From contig NW_021832317.1 of assembly GCF_006345805.1 (NCBI RefSeq), positions 1-31,789 of the forward strand: 31,789 bases of DNA, in the 5' to 3' direction. Below the pieces are notes generated by a model. It was not told the DNA's origin. It saw nothing but the letters and a program-made list of their open reading frames with translations, and did no database searches. The position numbers and the translations under genes were made by a program. The number at the start of each line of letters is the position of its first letter. The stretch's first letter is position 1. Positions 11,711-23,560 of this stretch are shown piece after piece. This DNA is from Octopus sinensis (taxonomy: Eukaryota).

Positions 11711-12038
11711 GATTTTGATTTTGATTTTGATTTTCCAGTTTCAGCTAATGAGCTGTGGCCATGCTGGGGCACCGCCATTTGGTTTGCTACACGGTTTTAC
11801 CTCACGGATGCTTTTTAGCAAACGCCATCTGATGCATGAGAGAGTTCGATGCAGCTGCCCTCATCAGCGCCTCCTGCCGTGAAGTTGGTTCATCCGAGAC
11901 ACCTGACAGGAAGAGATCCAGTACTACTTTAAAGACATCCGCATCCACACCATGCAGGTCCCTCAGGTTCTTCGGGAGGATATTGAAGAGCCGTGGGCCT
12001 CTGAAGCCCAGGCTATCACAATATCTTGTCCTACATCT
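11711..12038 (-). mobile_element. 5'-truncated CR1-group (CR1/L2/Crack) LINE with 3' UTR and (AAAATC)n tail
   Basis: [50 protein letters not shown]; stop at 11802; tail at 11711-11734. Confidence 0.88.
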
Positions 12039-12215
12039 ATATATGTGTGTGTGTCTATATATATGTGTATATAAGTGTATATATATATATATGTATATAT
12101 ATAAATATATGTATATATGTATATATACATATATACATATATATATGTGTGCATATATATATATATATATATGTATATATGTGTGTGTGTGCATGTATAT
12201 AGATATGTATGTATA

Positions 12216-12298
<83 letters not shown>

Positions 12299-12306
12299 GT
12301 ATATAT

Positions 12307-12350
<44 letters not shown>
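12039..12350. repeat. Compound TA/TG/CA microsatellite
   Basis: Direct reading. Confidence 0.95.
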
Positions 12351-12352
<2 letters not shown>

Positions 12353-14546
12353 TTCGTGCAAGTATCACAGCATGTATATAAAAAGAATTGCGTTCCACAA
12401 TATATTTGGAAAAAAATAGATAAGGAAAATTTACAGAACGTAACTGATGTTTTAAGAGACAAATGAAGTTTTAAAACTTTTAATATGAATGACGAAGGTC
12501 TTTTTATTGCTGAATCTTTTACTAGTTTCACTCATTGGATTGCGGCCATGCTGCCAATTACTTTTTCTATACAAAATATATTTTCTCTTCATAAGTAAAC
12601 AAGTTGGTGTCTTCTGCAGCTTGACCGACAATAGCCATTCCATAAACGGAGCGATCTTCTGAATCAACACGGATATGAAATCAGTTCAAAGCGTTATCTC
12701 TTCCGGCCTTACTCAGTGAGGATTTGGTCTTAAGGCCCCGCACCAACGGAAAGCAGCAATTTTCATAATGCTACCGTTATTTACATTGATGCAAGCCAAT
12801 CACCGAACGGATGCTTACGAGAAACTCTGCACGTTATAAGGAAACCGATACTCAGGATCTAAATATATCTAGTAGTACAGGTAGAGCAGGGACGAAATCA
12901 AAAGCTAACCTCCGATGGAGAAAAGCAAACTGCGGTTAGAATTTGAACTCGAAGCATAGATGGAACAGAGGCAATTCTGATTGTCGGTTCGACACACACC
13001 GTATCTAGTGCACAAATATAAATTGAACTTGTATCAAATTTCACAATAATCCGATAGATAAGTAGTTCGCTTGTTATCATTATTATTGTTCCGAATAATA
13101 AGAAAATATTTATTTTTTAATTAATTTTACGCGCTAATATTCATTAAAATCAATCGCTTCTTTTATCTCGGGTTCTGCTTTCATTGCTTTCTTTCTTAAA
13201 CACACCTACTTTAGAATTAATTGCATGACATTTGGTAAATATTTTCAAAAATCCACTAATCGTCTTTCTGCTGTCTTCCCCTTTCCAACCCCACCCCTCT
13301 TTTTTCTCTCACCCTATCTATTTGCCTCTCTCTATCTATCTATTTGTCTCTCTCCCTTTCTCGTCTTTCGCTTCTGTTTTTTCCTCTTCTGTTCTATACC
13401 TTGCATACGATATCAATTTACTGCCACACATTCTCAATTATGTAATTTCTATTCCAAATATCATATTTAGTTCTTATTAGGCTTAAACGTAAATAAACTA
13501 ACAACAAGCGAAATCAGATTAACGTTTCGTTTATTAATTTTAGTTACTTTTACAGTTAGAATTTTAAACGCTTTAAAACGGAAAAAAAAAATTTTCATGC
13601 GACTTTTGTTCATATCTATTTTCATTTTCTTTGTATTTAAGAGAAAAAGCAATATGGAAGAATGTAAACCGTTTTAACTGAAAATACATATTATTTAAAT
13701 AATATTATTACTTCTATAATATTATTATTTATATAATATAATTTAGGAATTATTTTTACGGTTTTCGATCATTAGAAATAATGAGAGAAGTTGTGAATAA
13801 TAGAAACGGAATTGTAATCTTCGATATAAATTTATAAAGTCTTATTTATAGATTTTCTAAAACAATACACAATTTGTCTTTCATTACTTATTTATCTTAC
13901 TCCTACACTTCCTCTTTTTATCCATCTCCTCCTCTATCTATCATTTTTGTGCACACACGAACAAGCATATACACATAGGCACATACAAACATGCATATAA
14001 ATGCGAGTAGAAGCAGATACGTAGCTACATATTTAATCTCAAACGAAAACACACGTAAATTCGCTACACGCCACACGCTGCACGTATCGCAAACACGCAA
14101 ACACACATACGAACTCATGCATGTGACTAAATTAAGAATTTGCATATTTTAAATCAGCATTATGCAACAGGTCACTTATGTATGTATGTATCTATATATC
14201 TATTTATCTGTCTATCTAATTATCTATATACGAGTGTGTGAACCAGCAAATTAAATCTCCCAACACATTTGTTCGGAGCTACCATGACGTAAAACATCGT
14301 GGGCGTGTCTAAATACATGAGCGTGTATGTGTGTGTGTTTGTGTGTTTATATCCATTCCTGCAAATTCAGGGATGATACTACTGCTGGCAAAGGAACCGA
14401 CGAAGGAGGAAGGTTCTTAACAACTGGTCCACAATTCTGATAAACATAGAAATAAAGAGTTTTGCCAAGGTGTCAGGAGTTGACATTTTTCGTCGATAAA
14501 AAATCTAATAGTAGTAGTAGTAGTAGTAGTAGTAGTAATAGTAGTA

Positions 14547-14669
14547 CAGGTCGACTTTACCATTCAACCTTTCGGGGTCGATAAGCACCAGTTGAATACC
14601 GGGGTTGATATAATCGACTTATTTTCTCCCGGCCAAAAAAGAGTTGCGCTTGTAGCAAAATTTGAAAAC
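14547..14669 (+). mobile_element. SINE-B 3' half, alternative-tail variant
   Basis: GGTCGACTTTACCATTCAACCTTTCGGGGTCGATAAGCACCAG...CAAAATTTGAAAAC, between (TAG)n and (CAT)n. Confidence 0.7.
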
Positions 14670-14694
14670 ATCATCATCATCATCATCCTTATTA

Positions 14695-14756
<62 letters not shown>

Positions 14757-14757
14757 T
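14670..14757. repeat. (CAT)n/(TTA)n tract
   Basis: Direct reading; abuts the 3' end of the Dong-like copy 1. Confidence 0.95.
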
Positions 14758-16020
14758 GATGAAAATTCGCAGCTTGTTTTACTGGGTATGATGGAAAGTG
14801 TCAGTTGTCTACAACCAGCAGACTAAGGTGACACTTGTTTACTGGTCAGGCTTCGAGAACCCTGCGAAGAGTTCTTGCACTTCCAAGCAATGCTGATCTT
14901 GTATGTGTTCTACCTTCACACTTGCACCAATCATTTTCAGCCATGTTGGCAGTTGAATGCTGATACTTCCAAGTGCACCAATTACTATTGGTATCACGTC
15001 TACTCTCTTCATTGACCACAACCTTCGTATTTTCCACTTCAGATCCTCAAAGTTGTTTATTTTTCCTTCTTCTTTCACATCAATCCTGTCGTCACCGGGG
15101 CATGCTATTTCGATTATTATGCATGTTCTTACTTATTTATTCACCACAACAATGTCCGATTTCCATTGTCTTGTCGGGTGATCGCGCTAGATCATTCTAT
15201 TCCACAGGATTTTGCAGTTCTCACTCTCAGTGACACCGTCTGTGTTTTCTCATACCACGTGTTTGCTTTTTGTAGGTTGTGTATTCCACAGAGCCCCCAA
15301 TGGATCATTCTTGCCACATTGTCACGTCGTCTCTTGTAATCGCGATGTGCCAATTATGGGCATTCGCTAACGTTGAGCCATACCTATTTCTTTACTACCC
15401 ACAAGGGGCTAAACACAGGGAGGACAAACAAGGACAGACAAACGGATTAAGTCGATTATTTCTACCCCAGTGCGTAACTGCTACTTATTTAATCGACCCC
15501 GAAAGGATGAAAGGCAAAGTCGACCTCGGCGGAATTTGAACTCAGAACGTAGCGGTAGGCGAAATACAGCAAAGCAATTCGCCCGGCGTGCTAACGTTTC
15601 TGCCAGCTCGCCGCCTTGTTGAGCCATACCGTTTCACCCTTCTCACCACACATGCATTTGTCGCTGTCGGTAGTGTTATCTATTCTGCATTTCACATAGT
15701 AGGTCCTCAACACTTGATCTTGAGATACGCATGAATGATTCTGTCTCTATCTTCAGCTCACTCCTCCTTATCCATTGCCACCAATCCTCTGTATCTGTCT
15801 TGGCGTTCACATGTCTTCGAAACCGTACATTTTCTTTTCCTTTCATACGTTTTGTTTTGTTCAGTTCTTGTTAAAATTTTTCCTTCATTACATAATTTTC
15901 AGTTTTGATTACGCCGGCCTTCTTCGCGTGTTTCAACAATGGCTCCACGGCATTCTTTATATACCACACTAAGCTGTTTTCCTCTGCTTCAATACACTCC
16001 TGGCAACTGATCAAAATTGA
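14758..16020 (-). mobile_element. R4/Dong-clade non-LTR retrotransposon, 5'-truncated copy 1
   Basis: LISCQECIEAEENSL, then QDQVLRTYYVKCRID..KCMCGEKGETVW/VSECP (CCHC knuckle), YKRRRDNVARMIHW, RLE region KSDIVVV..IIEIACPGD..VIPIVIGALG..ALLGSARTLRRVL; several stops and frameshifts; (TAA)n at the 3' end. Confidence 0.9.
15385..15617 (-). mobile_element. Full-length SINE-B inserted in Dong copy 1
   Basis: 13-bp TSD GTTGAGCCATACC at 15372-15384 and 15618-15630. Confidence 0.95.
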
Positions 16021-16649
16021 TATTATTTTCTCTCTAACACAGATTCTGTTGGAGTTCCTGGAGCCTTGCATGCGTAACGGGTTTACTACCAGCAGCCTAC
16101 GGTACCATGCTATTAATTCTTTTCAGCTAATACTTTCCTGATTATTGTGGCCGTGCCAAGGAGGCAAACCTTTTGTAATAGTTCTACAGGGTACTCTATT
16201 CCAATTTCCTTGATTTTCCTCTTCATGCCGGCAATAATTGGCACTAGCTTCGCCTTCTTCATTTTCCATAGGAAAGCTATTTCGCATTTAAGACTTTTGA
16301 ACATGTTGTCCTTGAAGAATCTAACGTGCTTTTCATACCTCGCTATGCGGGCAGCTTTAGCACATACCTTTTGCTTGATGGTTACTATGGTAGCATCAAT
16401 GCCAAGTATGGTTTTCATATTGTATTTTTTCTTTAATTTTTGAGTTTTTGTAGGCTTGGTAGTCTTGTCAAACTTAAGGTTATTCAAACATTCAATGTCA
16501 GACCAAAGTAGCTTAATTTGTTGTTGCAAACGCTCTTGCCAAGAAGGCTTTTTGTGGGAATGTTGCCGTTTTCTAATCTTTTCACCACATACAATCGTTG
16601 AGATTTTCGCGGAGGCATAGTACAGGTGGTTGAGATCTGTGACATCAAC
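16021..16649 (-). mobile_element. R4/Dong-clade copy 2, internally deleted
   Basis: Pre-RT motifs LNHLYYASA, KPSWQERLQQQIK, KQKVCAKAARIARYEK fused in frame near 16295 to RLE tail EIAFLWKMKK..VPII..LLQKVCLLGTATIIRKVL; own 3' UTR ending AAAATAATA. Confidence 0.85.
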
Positions 16650-16659
16650 ATTATTATTA

Positions 16660-16698
<39 letters not shown>

Positions 16699-16734
16699 TA
16701 TTATTATTATTATTATTATTATATTATTATTATT

Positions 16735-16823
<89 letters not shown>

Positions 16824-16835
16824 TATTATTGTTAT
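16650..16835. repeat. (TTA)n imperfect microsatellite
   Basis: Direct reading; separates Dong copies 2 and 3. Confidence 0.95.
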
Positions 16836-17266
16836 CTTTTTTCTTCTTTCAAATTTGCTTCCATTTCTTGCCGAGTGTCTTCCCGACTCCTAGGGCAAAG
16901 AAACTCATAGTATACATTGGTAGGCCAATAAACTAAACGCACTAGTTCGTTCATTTAAAAAAAAAATTAAATTAAAATACATGGGTAGTAATAGTTCTTA
17001 CATCGACAATGCTCTTCTCAATACGTGTGATGTACCAGTTAAGACAATCTTTTGTACTTCTTGCAGGGATGGTAAGCCAGGGATCATTCTCATATAATTT
17101 TCGGCTCCCTTCTTGATCATTCCTAATGCTCCTACGATCACTGGTATTGTAACCGCCTTGAGATGCCACATTTTCTCAATTTCAATGAGCAGGTCTTTAT
17201 ATATTTTCTGAGCTTGTCAAACTCTTTCGCCGAGATATTATGATCACAGGGGATGCTCATGTCGAT
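16836..17266 (-). mobile_element. R4/Dong-clade copy 3, 3' end only
   Basis: IDMSIPCDHNISAKEFDKLRKY(fs)KDLLIEIEKMWHLKAVTIPVIVGALG..VQKIVLTGTSHVLRRALSM; stop at 16998-17000; about 160-nt 3' UTR running into TAA repeats. Confidence 0.9.
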
Positions 17267-17440
<174 letters not shown>

Positions 17441-18494
17441 TAAATACGTTTTATTTCAATCAAACTAATAAACTCTATGAACTATACGCTTTCTGAATCA
17501 CCTCTCTTCTATTAATTTACATTTCGTTGCCATGCCTCTAAAATGCAATAGGATTCCATTCCAATCTAAATAAATATATGAAATACATAAAATAAAACAG
17601 CATAGGTATAAAGAAATAAATCAAAGGTTGAATTAATATATTCCTTTCTCTTGAGACCATGACTTTACAAACCGTTTTCTTTTTTAAAATCTATTTTGTT
17701 ACTCTTTTGCTCCAACATTTATTGTACAATAGGTTTGTTGAAGCCGAGATTCCATTTTGTCTTTTGTTCGTATATAGCTAAGATGCAGCAGCGTCTATTG
17801 ATAGAAAAATAAAGTGAATTTGCCAGCATTGTTACCGTTACACAGACAGACAATCGGTCTGTTGTCAAATAATAGCGTTAATAACATAAGAGATATCACT
17901 TAATGGATGATTAGCTATATAGGTGAGAGCATATATCGTGAATTGAATGTCAAACAGATACATTATTTTCATGTATGGGCTTAACTAGCAGCCATTTTCC
18001 ATTTTCTTTTTTTTTTGCGTTAACGCTGAAATATTGACGTGCAAGACGCTAATTGGATGTAATAAAACTTACAGAGTTTATATAAGATAACGTTTATTTA
18101 ATTATTATTACGTGGTAACACCTAAGGTGTACTAAATATTCAGTATCATACGCGATAAGAAGTAGTCCATGTTAATGGAATTTTTTTACAAATATTCTGC
18201 ATTCATTTGCGTTTTTGTTTCTTGAGAGATTCCTATGGAGTTAATATGAGCAATCAGAGAGCAAAGGAAAAACTAATGAAAGGAAAGAAAACCTGATATA
18301 GATATATGCAAAAGTATATTGCATAATACAATAGTAAAAGCCTAGATATACATGTAAATATATACATACAAGCAAAGACATATAGATTTATAAATAATAT
18401 TACATATAATATATATTTAATATCTACTTATATATATATATTTATATATTATATATATATATATGTATATATATATATACAACATATATATATA

Positions 18495-18830
<336 letters not shown>

Positions 18831-19026
18831 TTTCTCCTTATTTCAAGTGTAAACGACGCTCATGCGCAGCAAATATAACTATCAAACTGTATTTCTCATG
18901 AAATACAAACTTCTCATTATCGATCCAGCAACACAATAGCTTATGAATGTCATCATACAATGAATTTCAATTCATCGAATGTTCTCCCAGGTCATAACAA
19001 AGTTTACTTACATCGATTCGTATTGA

Positions 19027-19072
<46 letters not shown>

Positions 19073-19346
19073 CTGAAATTAGGATCGGTTTTATTGGAGG
19101 TGATTAAAAATACACATTTATATCTAATCTAATTTTAAATATAAGGTGAAATTAGCGGAATCGACTTTGATTAAATAATTTATCAGATTGGTCCCGGGTA
19201 TTGATTTACAATCTTAATTAATGTAAATTGTTTCGAAACCAGTTTTGTATTTTATGTATTTGTATTCGTGTATCAGATATGAAATTTTGTCGCCTAATAT
19301 GTACTGAATATATCAATAATATGTGAGGAATATGATGGCAGCTAAA

Positions 19347-19690
19347 GGCACGTGACCAAGTGGTTAGGGGTGCTGCACTAGCGGTCGCATGGTCATGAGT
19401 TCAATACCCTACAGGATGCTACATTGCGTTCTTGAGCAAGTATCGTTCATTTTGCGTCGATCTGATCGCTGTGCACCTGTGCTGGCAATGTCAACTTGAT
19501 AGTGAAAGTGAGGTTTTGTACAGCGGAAAGAAAGTCAGATCATCGTTTTGATAACATGACCATGTTGTGTGTTGCATTCTTAAGCAAGAACCGTTCATCT
19601 CACATTGATTTGCGATTACTGTGACATCTCACAGCTGGTACACTGTGCACCTCTACAGATACTATCGATTTCATCGAGGGAGCAAGTTGA
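19347..19690 (+). mobile_element. Old SINE-C-like element(s)
   Basis: A-box GTGACCAAGTGGTT, B-box GAGTTCAATACC, TTCTTGAGCAAG; body motif repeated at 19572-19654. Confidence 0.55.
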
Positions 19691-19700
19691 ACTGTTGAAA

Positions 19701-19929
19701 GGCGGCGAGATGGCAGAAACGTTAGCACGCCGGGCGAAATGCTTGGGGGTATTTCGTCTGCCGTTCTGAGTTCAAATTCCGCCGAGGTCGACTTTGCCTT
19801 TCATCCTTTCGGGGTCGATTAAATAAGTACCAGTTACGCACTGGGGTCGATATAATCGACTTAATCCCTTTGTCTGACCTTGTTTGTCCCCTCTCTGTGT
19901 AGCCCCTTGTGGGCAATAAAGAAATAAGA
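19701..19929 (+). mobile_element. Full-length SINE-B with TSD
   Basis: AACTGTTGAAA at 19690-19700 and 19930-19940; A-box-like TGGCAGAAACG, B-box GAGTTCAAATTCC. Confidence 0.95.
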
Positions 19930-19999
19930 AACTGTTGAAACCTCACTTTACGTTTACGTCTGGAGAGACCACCACAATGTAATATAATGGTGGAAAGAG

Positions 20000-20290
20000 G
20001 AAGCAGCCACCTGGTAGAATTGTCAGCACGCCGGATAACATTCTTACCAGTATCGCGTTCAGCTTTACGTTCGGAGTTCAAATTCCACTTTTTATCTTTT
20101 CGGGGTCGGAAAAAAAATGCTATGCGGTATTTCTTTGGACACATTTTATTCTGAGTTCAAACTGTGCCCACTTTTCGTCCCTTTCGGATCGATGAAATAA
20201 AGCACCACTCAAGTGTTGGAGTCGATAAATCAATTTGCCCGCTTCCTTCAACAGTGAAATGTCGGCACAAGGCCAATATTTCAAAACATT
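20000..20290 (+). mobile_element. Two adjacent degraded SINE-B copies
   Basis: Two GAGTTCAAA B-boxes, each followed by a TTTCGG..TCG body motif. Confidence 0.55.
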
Positions 20291-20564
20291 CTCGTATGTG
20301 TGATAGAATCATTGGGAATGTGGTTAAATATATTTTTCAATATATTTAGCATTCGACGAGGAGAAACCCACGTCCCTGGTTCTACATTCCAGATTTTGTC
20401 ATCGCAACGCGAACCAAAGTTTTGATTTTGTGGCGTTCGTATTTTTCCCGAGGAGAGTACAAACGGGAAGAAACTGACCGGGAATGTTACTGATACAGGG
20501 ATTACATCTAATTGTCACTGCTTGTACTGGCTCTCCTCCCTCTCTCTCTATTTTGTTTTGAAAG

Positions 20565-20760
20565 TATGATACTTATTCTATCGGGACAAATATATATCCC
20601 AAGTTATGGGGACAGGGATATAAACAAACAAACAGGGATTGTTAAGTGGTATGTGTGTGTGGATGTGAGTAAGGGAGATGAACACACACATATATATATA
20701 TAAGTCGGTCCTCTACACATTTTCCATCTCTCAAATTCACTCAGAAGGCATTAGTATTAT
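20565..20760 (-). mobile_element. Old SINE-A fragment
   Basis: ATACTTATTCTATCGG..GGGGAC..CA/TA tract..AAATTCACTCAGAAGGC. Confidence 0.45.
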
Positions 20761-20879
20761 ATAATTGGCGATTAGATACTTTCATAATCAGGATATTTCG
20801 CTGGGAATTATTTCCTTTCCATTTGACTAGAAGCTGGTATATTTCTACTGAGTAATTCAAAGCCGTAAGAGTAACGTCA

Positions 20880-21343
20880 GGGAAGTGTAATATTCTTAAT
20901 AGCTTTGAATATGGAATGAAAATGGAAGACATAATCGACATCTTTAGCATAATGAGACAAATTCAAGTGTTTAATGTATAAATAAATTTTAAGCATGGAA
21001 ACTAATGGAAGACATAAACGACATCTTTATTGTAACGAAATATGTTCGAGTATAATACTTTAGATACCCTTTAATTATGGAAGCGAATGAAGACGTAGTT
21101 GACATCTATAACAGAATGAAACAAGTTCGAGTGTAACTCTTTAAATAGTATTTAACTATGGAAGCACATTAAAGGCAAACACGTCATCTTTACTATAATG
21201 AAGTTTGAGAGTGGCACTGTCAACAACCTTTAAATGTGGAACTAAATCAGAGACGTAATTGACATCTTAACATAATGAAACAAACACAAGTGTTACTATG
21301 GAAGTAAATGGGAGACATAATCGAAACCTTCAGAATAATTAAA
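20880..21343. repeat. Degenerate ~80-bp minisatellite, about 6 units
   Basis: Units start ATGGAA/GTGGAA at 20911, 20995, 21077, 21158, 21236, 21298; shared core AGACRTAATYGACATCT. Confidence 0.75.
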
Positions 21344-21345
21344 TA

Positions 21346-21420
21346 CAGTTACCCTTCGACTATCGCGGGTGTTACGTTCCAAAACACGCCGTGATAGGTG
21401 AAAATCCACGGAGTATAAAC
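21346..21420 (+). mobile_element. Tigger/pogo-like left end
   Basis: TA then CAGTTACCCTTCGACTATCGCGGGTGTTACGTTCCAAAACACGCCGTGATAGGTGAAAATCC. Confidence 0.55.
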
Positions 21421-21455
21421 AATACTGTATATTTTAAAAATTATTTTTATCATTT

Positions 21456-21862
21456 GCGCAGGAGTGGCTTTGTGGTAAGTAGCTTGTTAACCAACCACAT
21501 GGTTCCGGGTTCAGTCCCACTGCGTGGCATCTTGGGCAAGTGTCTTCTGCTATAGCCCCGGGATACCAATGCCTTGTGAGTGGATTTGGTAGACGGAAAC
21601 TGAAAGAAGCCTGTCGTATATATGTATATATATGTATATATGTGTATGTGTGTGTGTATGTGTGTCTGTGTTTGTCCCCCTAGCATTGCTTGACAACCGA
21701 TGCTGGCGTGTTTACGTCCCCGTCACTTAGCGGTTCGGCAAAAGAGACCGATAGAATAAGTACTGGGCTTACAAAGAATAAGTCCCGGGGTCGAGTTGCT
21801 CGACTAAAGGCGGTGCTCCAGCATGCTTGAAGTCAAATGACTGAAACAAGTAAAAGAGTAAA
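21456..21862 (+). mobile_element. Full-length SINE-A
   Basis: Head GCGCAGGAGTGGCTTTGTGG (A-box) and GGTTCAGTCCC (B-box), internal TA/TG microsatellite, tail GGCGGTGCTCCAGCATG..CTGAAACAAGTAAAAGAGTA. Confidence 0.92.
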
Positions 21863-21994
21863 ATAGTTTATTTTATCATAAATGCAAAGCAACACCACGG
21901 AGGAATCGACGTAAGCTTAAATAATAAATTGCGATAGGGGACAGGCAATATGGCGAAGGATCACTATAATGTGATGAAAATATGCAAAGATCTA

Positions 21995-22197
21995 CGAGGG
22001 GGTGCTGTAAAGTTCCTGGATTTAAAGGAATCGTGAAACGCTTGGTTGGAGACCCAACATTTCGAGTTCTTTTACAGGGTTTAGAAAAACTGGAGGATCG
22101 CTGCAGGAGGGGAATCATATGTTGAATAAAATCATAATTAACAGATTTTCCTGTAATATCTTTCATCCAAAGCCAAAATCTTTTCCGCACTCCCTCC
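21995..22197 (+). mobile_element. Internally deleted mariner derivative
   Basis: TA then CGAGGGGGTGCTGTAAAGTTCC; degenerate right TIR 22169-22197 (21/29 by hand); remnant LQGLEKLEDRCRR..YVE* like a mariner transposase C-terminus. Confidence 0.7.
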
Positions 22198-23229
22198 CAA
22201 ATAAAAACAGAAACGAATATATATTTTTAAAAACTTGGTGTTTCCAGGGGCCTAGGTATTAATTATGCTTTCGAAAATTGATTCAAAGTCTCCAGTTTTA
22301 CAAACGTGAATCATCAATGAAAAGTTTGCCACTGCTTCACTGCAACATTAATTTATCGTGGATAAAAAAATAAAATCATGAATAATTTTTTAAAAGTACA
22401 TTTGATGCCGACAGTGCCGTAAACTATAAATACAAAAATGCAAGGAATTCTGTCAGACATTTAACAAGTCTGCCATACATTGTCCTAGACACAACAATAG
22501 CTTAAATACAATTAGTGACAACAATAAAATGATATTAATTTATTCATACTGGCATTATTTAAACATGTCAGTGACTTCCCACAAGGGAAAACCTTGTTAG
22601 AAAATTAAGACATTATAGTCCTATAAATTTTAGAAACAAACTTCTCTAACAGAAATTGTCACAAGTGCTAAATATATGAATGCTATTAATATATTCTTTT
22701 ATTAGAAAAAATGGCTAATGGCCTGTTTCTTAGAACTGGCTGATCTCGCTCATCATTCGCTATTATAATCACCTCTTTAACTAGTTGCTTTCATATCTTC
22801 ACCCACTTATAAAATGGCCTTTGTTCCTCGGAACTGGCTAATCATGTCTACCACCATCTGCCATAAAGCTCACAGTTTTTCGGAACTGACTGTTTCTCAA
22901 GCACCGCAATTTGTCTCTGTATTTCTCATTACTGTGGTTATTTCTAACTTTTCCGTCTCATTAACGTTTGTCTCCAGTACTTCCACTCCACCGGACTCTT
23001 GCCTTTACACTACACTACTTGGAAAACCGCTACGTGATAATATCTCCAGGGATGTAGGCGTAGATTTACAGCAACTTACATGAAACTTTAACGAAATCAA
23101 TACACTTTGGGAGGGCCTGCAAAATTTGTGGGCACTATTCTTTGTTTGAAACTGAGTAGTTAAAAAATTAATTGATTCCGGTAATTAATTAATGTCTTCA
23201 TTTATCTATCATGTAGAAATAAAAGAAAA

Positions 23230-23560
23230 GGTCCAAGGTGGCAGAATTCAGACCGAGTATGTAGAAAAATGAAGTTTCGATTAAGGAGCAAATATTTGAG
23301 TAAAAGTGGAAGTGGATTGGTAGCACAATTAGAAAAGACACACCAAATGTAGCGAAAAGTGCTTTAAAGTGGAAACCGGATGGATATAGAAGGAGAGGTA
23401 GGCCTAAGAAATCGTGCTGGAGATCAACACAAAAGGAACTAGAGAAAGGGGGACATTCATGGCAGAGTATAAGTACAGAAGCCAAAGATTATGCAACATG
23501 GAATTCAACGATAAGTGGCCTTTGCTCCGCGTTGGAGGGTTAAAGGCATAAAGACAGATA
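23230..23560 (+). mobile_element. RTE-clade LINE 3' fragment
   Basis: KWKWIGSTIRKDTPNVAKSALKWKPDGYRRRGRPKKSCWRST..W..GLCS, matching the RTE C-terminal pattern W.WIGH..R...W.P.G.R.RGRPK.TW; stop at 23541-23543. Confidence 0.85.

Noticed and set aside
12600-12730. Mariner catalytic-region remnant (GVLLQLDN..DLLNQHGYEI..YLFR)
   Set aside because: It needs several indels and lacks the HPPYSPDL motif. A minus frame (FHIRVDSEDRSVYGMAIVG) looks equally protein-like, so it is unresolved without a search.
20880-21343. C2H2 zinc-finger array or CRISPR array
   Set aside because: The first period is 84 bp and the minus strand gives CRLC, but there is no HxxxH or TGEKP linker and periods are not all multiples of 3. 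There are no constant repeats with unique spacers, and the context is eukaryotic.
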